A DNA stretch of 63,038 bases, the filler included, from Octopus bimaculoides (Eukaryota), in assembly GCF_001194135.2 (NCBI RefSeq). It is 5 parts of 5 records of this genome, joined end to end, with 100 filler letters (N's around TTAATTAATTAA, not from the genome) between each part and the next. Parts side by side here need not be neighbours in the genome. Positions count along the whole stretch, not along the records: positions 33,671 to 59,673 come from NC_068993.1; positions 59,774 to 63,038 come from NC_068984.1; 3 more parts are not named here. One strand, written 5' to 3'. The position numbers and the translations under genes are program-made. Every line of letters begins with the position of its first letter. The stretch's first letter is position 1. The notes beneath the pieces were generated by a model. The model ran no database searches. It was not told where the DNA came from and was given only the letters and a program-made list of their open reading frames with translations. Positions 53,038-63,038 of this stretch are shown here, piece by piece.

Positions 53038-54200
53038 GTGTTGATAGTACATTAAAAGAAATTATTTTATAAACTGAAGAAATTTGTCTCGGAGAGGCTG
53101 AGTACCACAATATAGTATTTTCTTTCTCGTGAAAATTGTCAGCTTTGCGTCTATCAATTACAGTAGCAATCAACTATTAATGAGAGATAAATACAACTTG
53201 GTTGACTTAATACGTTGCATTAAAGAAAACATTTTGTCAAGGGACTATATTCATAGAAGATAATACAGAATAGCGTCCCTTGACATAGAAATTAAAGTAT
53301 AATCAACCTTTTTTTTGAATATTCTTCGTTTTACTTAGCTTTTTTTGTATTTGCTTTAAAAAATGCGAAAACGAATACGAGAATGTGAAAAAAGAAAGAA
53401 TTTAGGAAAATGATAAGCACTTTTTAAACTACATATCGTACACTAGTGTTTCCCTCTTAAAGTAAAAAGTGAAAGAACCAACCCAATCCAGTTACGATAT
53501 CACGAGTAACTGTGAAAAGCGGGACTTTGGAACAGCCAAGCACCCTCACAGGCATTAATTGATACTTTCGTGAGACGAGATGTTAACCAATTACAGTTTC
53601 AAGTTATCAGTGATTGCAATTTTGTTGTTGTTTTTATTATTTTTCTTGTCTATCTTTCACCTTTTATTATATCAGCACTTTTCCCTCGGAAAGAAATCAA
53701 GGCAGAATTGTTTCAAGAATGTCCTGTCTTACATATTACCTTCCTAGTCAAATTAAATCATATCGATTTTTTACCTTATGTTCAATGTCTGTTAGTTTAT
53801 TTGCCGTTTCTAACTGCTAGCTTAGCCTTACTAATCTTGAAGCCTTGCTACGTTGTGTCCTCCTCAAGCTGTCTCTATCACTTCACTCATAGCGCAGGGT
53901 CTCTTCTCCTTATACTTTTCGCAATAATTATTTTAAAAACCTTTCGCAACTGACTAATTAATAAAACAAAAGAAATATTGATTTATTTTTCAATATCTAT
54001 TAATTTTTAAAATATGTCGCTTCAATTTTATTTGCTTTCTCGAGCCTTATATTAGTGATTACAATGCCAGTAAGTTTATGCGATAGTGTGTTTACGCATT
54101 TCAATGTATCCAGTACTACTGCAATCGATTTTGCTTTTACTCTCTGCAGGTCAACAAACTAAGCGCCAATAACAGGCTGGTTTCGATTAATCAACTATAT

Positions 54201-54600
54201 AGGCACAGGCGTGACTGTGTGGTTAGAAACTTGCTTCCCAACCACATGGTTTTGGGTTTTATTATAGCCTCGGGCCAACCAAAGCCTTGCGAGTGGATTT
54301 GGTTGACGAAAACTGAAAGAAGCCCGTTGTATGAGTGCGCGCGTGTGTGTGTGTGTGTATGTATGTATGCGCGCGCGCACGTGTGTGTGTGTGTGTCCTA
54401 CCACAGCTTGACAACTGGTGCTGGTGTGTTTACGTCCCGTAACTTAGCGGTTCGGCGACAGAAACTGATAGAATGAGTACCGGGCTTTAAAAGAAGGTTA
54501 AATAAATAAGTACTGGGTCGATTCGTTTGACTAAAAATTTTTCAAGGCGGTGCTCCAGCATGAACACACTCTAATGACTAAAACAAGAAAAAGATAAAAG
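54201..54600 (+). mobile_element. Full-length OR-like SINE with central (GT)n
   Basis: ggcgtgactgtgtggttagaaacttgcttcccaaccac head; ggcggtgctccagcat...aaaacaagaaaaagataaaag tail. Confidence 0.88.
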
Positions 54601-54680
54601 ATATATCTTTATATGGCTACATACCAAAGCAAAGAATTTAAATGGTTTATCCCTTCTTTCCAAAACCTCTATTAATATAA

Positions 54681-54716
54681 CTAGCAGAAAGGCCGCTCTC
54701 CGGGCGGTTTTCTGCT
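54681..54716 (-). mobile_element. Helitron 3' terminus
   Basis: Hairpin ccgc.c..gggcgg ending ...tttctgCTAG|T; shares ctagcagaaa with 33237-33246. Confidence 0.65.
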
Positions 54717-55086
54717 CGCCCCTTCATATTTTCACATTTGATTCCCAATTCTAATAATTTTTATATTTTATGTCTAATTGTTTCTTTGTATAATAGTGCT
54801 CACTTGCTTAGTAAATATTGCTTTCATTATTTTATCACAGTTATAATCTCTCTTTTTTAAACAAACATCACGGTAATCCAACAACAGAGCAGGAAGCGGT
54901 TTGTCAAGTTTTACTCCTCAAAGCAACACAGAGATTTCAATTCAGCAGCCCATCTGTAAGCTTTGCAGTGTGTGTGTGTGTGTATGTGTGTGTGTGTGAG
55001 AGAGAGAGACAGACAGACAGAGAACACTGCAAACAATGAATGAAATAAGCATGAAATGAAAAAAATCGTATAAATAAAAGGGCATT

Positions 55087-55300
55087 CTTTTCTACTCTAG
55101 GCAAAAGGCCCGAAATTTTGGAGGAAGCGGGGCTAGTCGATTAGATCGACCCAGTACGCAACTGCTACTTAATTTATCGACTCCGAAAGGATGACAGACA
55201 CATTCGACCTCGGCGGAATTTGAACTCAAGACGTAAAGACGGACAAAATACCGCTAAGCATTTCGCCCCGTGTGCTAACGTTTCTGCCAGTTCGCCGCCT
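55087..55300 (-). mobile_element. Full-length OK-like SINE with about 18-bp TSD
   Basis: TSD tataaataaaagg(g)gcatt at 55069-55086 and 55301-55319. Confidence 0.92.
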
Positions 55301-57899
55301 TATAAATAAAAGGGGCATTACTACAGATGTATACGCCTCCGACTTTGTTGCCTCATAACATCCAGAAAAATGGGTACTTTTTAAAAAAATTTCTACAAAT
55401 ACCGCTTAGATGTTGTGACTTCAGAGTAAATAGGGATTTAAATAGAGAGAGTGAGAGAGTGCGTGTATGTGTGTGTCACTGTTGAAATTGTGTTTGGAAA
55501 CTGTGAATAAGGTTCAAATTTCGAGTACTTGTCGGTAACTTTTTCTTTTTTTTTTTTCTCGTCTTCTAATAGTAAAAACCCAACTTTCTCGGCTCTTCTC
55601 ACAGCTATCCCGCGTTCAAAAATTATACATTACATATACATTACGTGCGAATTAAAACTTAAAAGAGAAAGCGAGAGACTTTGCTAGTGAAAATGGAACA
55701 CTCCGCAGTGAATGCAATGAGCATCTAAAATTGTGATGAATTGAACGAAGTGAATATTTAAATTTCCGAGAAATTAGAGTTTAAAAATCTGAATAATCTT
55801 GAGAAATCGAAATTATCGGAAATTTCTTAGAACATGAATTTATAAAAATATTTCCAGACGGTCGACCCTTTAATAATTGCTTCTTTTAGTACTTTTAGTA
55901 ATTGTTACATACTTAATTAATAAGCAGCTTTCTCCATTATAGTATAAATGTACTTTATATATATATCCGTAAATGTTGTTTTTGTATTTCGTCAATTGAA
56001 TAGTTGCTTTTTGTAAAAACTTTTAATTCAAGCCTGAATGGATGGTATATCAGGGCCGACATATTTTCTGTTTTATAAGTGATACATATTAAACTGCTAT
56101 TATTTTATTAACTGTATTAGAGAGAAGTCATTTTATATTCTAATTTTTCTTGTGAATTATCGGGGTTTTAACTGAAACTATTATTAGACTTGTTTNNNNN
56201 NNNNNNNNNNNNNNNNNNNNNNNNNNNNNNNNNNNNNNNNNNNNNNNNNNNNNNNNNNNNNNNNNNNNNNNNNNNNNNNNNNNNNNNNNNNNNNNNNNNN
56301 NNNNNNNNNNNNNNNNNNNNNNNNNNNNNNNNNNNNNNNNNNNNNNNNNNNNNNNNNNNNNNNNNNNNNNNNNNNNNNNNNNNNNNNNNNNNNNNNNNNN
56401 NNNNNNNNNNNNNNNNNNNNNNNNNNNNNNNNNNNNNNNNNNNNNNNNNNNNNNNNNNNNNNNNNNNNNNNNNNNNNNNNNNNNNNNNNNNNNNNNNNNN
56501 NNNNNNNNNNNNNNNNNNNNNNNNNNNNNNNNNNNNNNNNNNNNNNNNNNNNNNNNNNNNNNNNNNNNNNNNNNNNNNNNNNNNNNNNNNNNNNNNNNNN
56601 NNNNNNNNNNNNNNNNNNNNNNNGAAGAACAGAGTAAGCATTCAGGATAAGTGATGATGATGGAGCAATTTCGAGAGAGGGAGAGAGAGAGAGAGGGGGG
56701 CGGCGGCGGCGGCGGCGGCGGTGGTGGTGGTGGTGGTGGTGGTGGTGGTGAAGGAGGACATTACTAATTTTAGCAATTACAATAGCATACGTACAAACAA
56801 CGGAGTTGTCCAGCTTTTAACAACATAAGTTTTAATAAGTATACATTTCATATATGTTGAAAACTATTTTTTTTTTACACCCCACTCATATACATTTCAT
56901 TTTCCGGTCTGATAGATAGAAACACTTATTTAACTCAATGTCTCTCTATCTACTGCCTATCTTTTTGGCTATCAAAATATATGTTGAAATATCCGCAGTT
57001 TAAATTTTCTCTGCTCTCTTTGACTAATTATTTAACTGCCTGCCTATATATTTATTCATCTATCGATCTCTCTACATTGCTGATCACATGCATACAGACA
57101 GGCAGACAGACAAACACACACACACACACACACACACACGTACGTACGTACGTAACTACATACATACATATGCAATAATAAAGGCAGCAAATAAATAAGA
57201 GGAAGAAAAATAATTAGTAACTGGTATGACCTTTTAATTCGTTACAAAGTAAGACGCAACATTTTCGAAGTTGTGCAACAATTATTTTCAGTTTTGTTAT
57301 ACATTTTGTAGGTAGTTAACTTCATCTGTGAGTGACTGCTAGAAGACAGGTGGGAAAAGGCGAGAGAGAAAGAGAAAATTTACTTTAAAGTTGAGATGAT
57401 GAAAGCTGTATTGACAGAGAGAAAAACAATGATATGCTTTTGGGGGCAGGCTCCCAGCGAAATGAGTAGAATGGTATTTGGGCTCAGTATTTATATTTTT
57501 TCTAACTAAATTAGGCCAGGTTAAACAAAGGATTTTCCGTCTCCTATCTGCCTTGACATAAATTTGACTCGAAAAGTTACAGGTTAACGATTGACTCATA
57601 AAACGCTCAGTGCAAAAGCTGAAAACAATAGAAAGGAACTGGCAAGAAAATCTAGGCTAGGTTTTGAATCTTGGCTAAGAAAATAGGAAGCTATTCGTTA
57701 GACATACATATGTAGTGAAACTACCTATCGCCATTATATACAAAACTACTATCGCCATTATATACCACCTTCTCTCTATAAATATTGAAACACGCGAGCG
57801 TAGTAGAAAACATCTCTTTCCTTGTCATCACCTGACTGACTATTATTTGAAGCGGCAACTGCTTCGTACCGTTCCCGCCAGAACGCAAACTGACCAACC

Positions 57900-57990
57900 A
57901 CAGCCCTTAATAAGGTCACGTGATAGTGTTTTTCTAATACTCCATCGGAGCCTACTTTCAGCTATAAATAGACTGCTAGATACCCAGCAA
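57900..57990 (+). promoter_or_regulatory. Candidate Pol II promoter (E-box GTCACGTGA 57915-57923; TATAAATA 57963-57970)
   Basis: Motifs lie in a locally CpG-rich stretch, followed by a Kozak-like ggcATGG at 58134; an LTR origin is not excluded. Confidence 0.4.
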
Positions 57991-58769
57991 ATTCGTCTCG
58001 GTTCAGATCTCTTAGAGANNNNNNNNNNGGCATTTCTCTCTTCGATTCTGTTTGTGTGATTCATCTTCACCACGAAATAACAGCCAAGAGCCCAGCCTGC
58101 GACGAACATCTGTATTCCAGAACCCGGCTCGGCATGGAAGCCCTAACATCACGACGAGTGATCGCACTGCCACACACGCCTCAACTTCTTACATACAGAC
58201 TGTTACTATTGTGTACTCTAAGAACTGGCAAATTCTTATATGTGTTACTGACTCTTTTACTATCTGCTGTATATCACGCATACACATACATGTATCACTT
58301 ACACACAATCTTTTTTTATACGACGGCCTGTCTTTTATTATGTTTTCATTATGTCGCATTCACACTCACACACAGACATACATTGTAATGCTACAATAAA
58401 TATTACTGTTATTCATCTTTATCGGTTGTGTTCTATCGCCTTCCTTACTGGCCATTTACGAATTCACTATGTTATCGAAGTATAACATTTATATCATTTG
58501 ATATATTTTGTGTTCGACCGTGTGACGCGTTTAATAAAAGGAGCCCTGTTTTTCCATTCGTCACCATTTCTCCTTTTGGGTTCGCACGGTCGTTCTTACA
58601 CATACATATACGAGTGTTTGTGTATCCGTACGTATATATATATATATATATATATAGCAGGAGGAGTTATGTATGTATGTGTGTGTGTATGTATGTGTAA
58701 GTTAACAAACAAAAGAAGCGCATTCAATATATGATTTAGAGTTTATATTTGTTAGATATCAGTTAGTGA

Positions 58770-59560
58770 CCAACTCAGTTGACACCCAAGTTTCACACAC
58801 TAGAGTAGTGCGTTCAGTCAATCAATGCATGGTAAATAAAACTATGTTCACAACGCTCATTCTCTCTAGTCAAGGTGAATCACGTGATCGAATATACATA
58901 GCTCACTAGACTGTTAATATGTAAGGGTTTCTGATATTCGTTATATCTGGTTAGATCTGGAGGCTATATATTTGAACCAATACGTCTCAGACTCTCAGGT
59001 AACATCACGCTATCCAAGAGGATAATCGGAGTCAATTTGATAATATTTCTGTACTCTAGTGGCTGCCTTAGAATCGGGAACTTTTCATTTAGACAAAGCC
59101 TGTAATTTTCTGATCCCTTGAAGTATAAAGTGGTTTTGTTGACGGATGTCGGTTATTGGAAGGGAAAGCAGTCATACCCTTGGTTTCCACGTTTCCAGAC
59201 GAATTAAGTCTGCAAAGTATTTTCACTGAACCAGGTGTTTGATAACGCCCAGTGGTGCTATAGATGACTCATGTTTCACAGCTTCAAAAAGGCTGACTTT
59301 ACTGAATGGGTAGGTAGGAAGATTTCTGAAGATACGATTCGGCTGTTGAGGTGGCAGATGTGTAGGAATGCTTTTTGTTTCAGCTGTAAGGCGTGACCAT
59401 TGAAGCATTGTTGTCCAGAAAGTAATAGCTGACTTTGATGTTACGCGTTTCGAAATTTTGTAGATTGTATGTAAATGGAAAGTGCTGTTTTACTAAGGCC
59501 TGAAAGTTTCCAGTTACATAAGCAAGACCACTCAAGTTGTATGATGGATTAAACGATATT
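58770..59560 (-). mobile_element. Degraded Naiad-like Penelope 3' part (post-RT, endonuclease, 3' repeat)
   Basis: LVKQHFP...RNIKVSY and RLCLNEKF motifs on the minus strand. Confidence 0.55.
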
Positions 59561-59773
59561 ATTTTTCCTCTTCTCAGTTTTACTTTGAAGAAGTGGAATG
59601 TTCTCCACCGAAGCTAGTTTCTCGTTGAAAATTTGGCCAATTTTCTTTCTTTCTTTTTTTTTTTTTTTTTTTTNNNNNNNNNNNNNNNNNNNNNNNNNNN
59701 NNNNNNNNNNNNNNNNNTTAATTAATTAANNNNNNNNNNNNNNNNNNNNNNNNNNNNNNNNNNNNNNNNNNNN

Positions 59774-59822
<49 letters not shown>

Positions 59823-59850
59823 AAGACACACACATCTGCATATATATGCA

Positions 59851-59884
<34 letters not shown>

Positions 59885-60894
59885 CATAAATATTGAAGTG
59901 TATCTATTAAAATAATTACTCTAATAATATCTATCTGTTTTTCTTTCACTTTACACTATCAGTCAGCACCCTTCAATGAATTGTGTTGTGAAGGAAATAA
60001 GACTGATCTTGCAGGGAATGTTATTGTCTTAATATATCTGTCATAAGCAATTAAAATGCTGCTGTAGTTTTCAATTTTCTGTTTTTTAAACATAAACATA
60101 TAACAATTGACATACATACATGTATGTGTGTATATATATATAAGTATGCACACACACACATATATGCATAAATACATACATACACGCACACATGTTATGT
60201 GTGTATGTATGTATGTATACACATACATATATTTAAGAAGTAACCACAATCATTTTTCAGTAATGTTAAGACACTCTCCTATTTGTATGTTTGTGTATAT
60301 AAGTTTTAACATGTTTTTAATTGTGTCGGTCATTTTATTTCTAATAGTAAGAAAACATATTTGTATATACACATGTGTATGTGTGAACAAGTGTATAATC
60401 TATAAATATGTATCATATATATATATGTATAGGATAGATATGCATATACTGTGTATAAGTACATGCAATTTTTTGTGAGTTTGTATACAAATACATATGT
60501 ATATAGAATATAAGTATCAAATTCACATGGAATTTAAGACTTTGAATTGCTCACAGTAAAACAATCAAGAATTCCCTATTTGTATCCCCAACTCTCAGAT
60601 ATACACACAATAACTCTCTACATATAGCGTAATGATTTCCTAAATCACCCCTATCCCCCCATCTAACCTTTATACTCATTGTTAATGTTATGTCAACATT
60701 GAATTAGGATTTAAGACTGAGCTGTTTGTGAGATCATCATCATTATTATTATCATTATCATCATTACCATTCCTCTCTTAATTCTTGTCAATGTCTAATG
60801 TACACAGTATTTTCTTTTGTAAATGTATAAATCTAGATATGTTCCTCCTGTATTGTCATGATGAGAGGCAGTTGTTGTGGCAAAATAAAATGTT

Positions 60895-60931
<37 letters not shown>

Positions 60932-61528
60932 CATCATCATCATTATTATCAGAGTAAAAATATATCATCATCATCATCATTGTTCTCCTAATCATATATC
61001 TGTATGTATGTATATGTTCTGTATATATATGTTTATGCGCATATATATGCAGAGGTATATATGTATATTCATATTTATATTGCATGTGTGTGTGTGTGTG
61101 TATACACATGTACAAATGTGTGTATACATATATATATATATCTTTACATATGCATATATATGTATATATATATATATTTACATATGCATATACATGTATA
61201 TCATATATACATACATACACATATATATACACACACACACACACGTATGTGTATGTGTGTATCTATTGAAAAATTACTATTTTAAACAAGATATAGCAGT
61301 TAACCAATGCTTGGAAAGCTTTGAATCCTTGTATAGCTAACTTCTAGTCAAATATTATATATGATTTGTTCTCTGATTTATTTTGCTATTATATATTTTG
61401 AATAATTTACAGAGTGTATATCCAAGAACAGAACAAAGCAGGAATTTCAGTTAACCACATTATTATAACATCATAAATTACACACTCTTTACACATGTTT
61501 CACCAATGTCTGATAGTATGTCATTTGC

Positions 61529-61750
61529 TAATTGTTACATATGCGATTGGCTAATTGTCTAAAGGTGATTGCATAATCACCTTTGAACAACAGATCTTCA
61601 GGAGAAAATAGTAATTTACCCCATTGTTAAATACCATTATCAGTTCTGGCTACTGACTGAGGTTAGGTAATTAACAATAGCTTAACTTACTATTTTTTTC
61701 TGAAGATCTGGTATTATAAAGTGATTATGCAATTGTCTGTGTAACAATTA
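61529..61750. mobile_element. Old foldback (MITE-like) relic
   Basis: Inverted pairs taattgttaca / tgtaacaatta and cagatcttcaggagaaaatagtaa / ttactatttttttctgaagatctg. Confidence 0.6.
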
Positions 61751-62504
61751 CTGCACAATATTATTCAGTAGTGAAGCATATGTAAAGCTTTTGTAAAGAT
61801 GTCATAATACTGAGTTTAGCCGAATCTCTTGTTTTATTCTGCTCTTTATATATCTATATCTATATATAAGTGCGTATATCTGTGTAGGTATATAAGATGA
61901 TGATGATGGTATATGTTTATGCGTATATAGTAGTATATACATGTGTGCATATATATATACGTGTGTGTGTGTGTGTGTGAGTAAAAGTGTTGTTAGGATG
62001 GTGTTAAAAGAAAATGCTGTGTAAAAGTGAAATTTTAAAAGAAAAAATATATAATCAAGAATCAATAGAAAAATGTGATTAAAAAATGTGATTATAATTT
62101 GTTTTTTTTTGTACTTTTTATCTAAAGATTTGCCAAAAAACTAGTTTTTTAATAGCTAAAATATTGCATTCCATGAAATAAAATTATTTGATTATATTCT
62201 CTGTGTTATTTTTTTTTTTTCTAAATAGGCACAACATCTCAGATTTTTTAGGGGTTCAGGAAAATAGGTAATTGTAGTATTCCTGCCTTTCCTAAGGACA
62301 TTAGCAACATTAGAGTGAAGAAATAGTTGCAAACGGTAACCAAAATCACATTGAGGATTTGGAATGTTGGAAGCTAACCATCTACTCTACGGTGACTGTC
62401 ACACATGTATATTATTATTATTAATTGTAGTAGTATTAATTGTATTAGTAGTAATGGTAAAATGCTAACAATAACAATAATAATAATAATGATAATAATA
62501 ATGG

Positions 62505-62680
62505 TAATAATTTTTTCTAACAAAGGCAGAAGACTAGAAATTCGGGTGGAGGAGGTTGTTGATTAAATGGACATCAGTACTTGGCTAGTACTTTATTTTA
62601 TCAACCCCCAGCTTCCCAGAATAATGAAAGGCAAATGTGACCTCCAATGGAAATTTGAAGTCAGAATGTAAAAGAGAAAT
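62505..62680 (-). mobile_element. Degraded OK-like SINE
   Basis: tgaaaggcaaatgtgacctccaatggaaatttgaagtcag. Confidence 0.6.
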
Positions 62681-62735
62681 GACTAAATATAGTATGGTTT
62701 TTCTGACGGTCCATTGATTTTCCTAATACACCGCC

Positions 62736-62777
<42 letters not shown>

Positions 62778-62951
62778 TTGTTTCAGTTCTGAGCCCTTTG
62801 ATCATGGTGTTTTTGTCTATATTGATATAAAAAGGGTGTATAAAAAACAGATTATATGAGTGAGTGAATATACATACACACACACATGCATACATACATA
62901 CATGTATAGGTATACATGTGTGTATATATATATATATGTATATATATAGGT

Positions 62952-63038
<87 letters not shown>

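Noticed and set aside
53570-53953. 127-aa hydrophobic ORF
   Set aside because: T-rich compositional bias explains the open frame; GTG start; no motif.
56695-56750. (GGC)n(GGT)n as a poly-Gly coding exon
   Set aside because: Short tract beside a (GA)n repeat and a gap, with no supporting frame or splice sites.

Overview
AT-rich, microsatellite-saturated eukaryotic scaffold segment with many N-gaps. The SINE families and repeat landscape point to an octopus or other coleoid cephalopod genome (inference). I cannot support any complete host gene of recognisable homology. Most interpretable sequence is decayed mobile DNA: tRNA-derived SINEs, RTE, CR1-group and R4/Dong-type (RLE) LINE fragments, Penelope-like elements (PLEs) of two clades (Naiad-like and Neptune-like), mariner/Tc1 relics, Helitron pieces and foldback MITEs. 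Best leads: (1) a 580-bp foldback element with an 8-bp TSD and GG termini (Merlin-like) whose axis is an inverted telomeric repeat, about 300 bp upstream of the start of (2) an intact 184-codon orphan ORF; (3) a CR1-group LINE and a SINE sharing a 3' stem-loop with compensatory substitutions; (4) RLE retrotransposons abutting microsatellites, one sitting in the (TAA)n tail of an RTE; (5) a PLE with an inverted endonuclease segment, fused to a PLE of another clade; (6) a complete 91-bp Helitron; (7) a possible promoter/first exon near 57.9-58.2 kb. No CRISPR arrays or rRNA/tRNA genes were seen. Family assignments rest on manual motif recognition, not database searches, and many boundaries are approximate.
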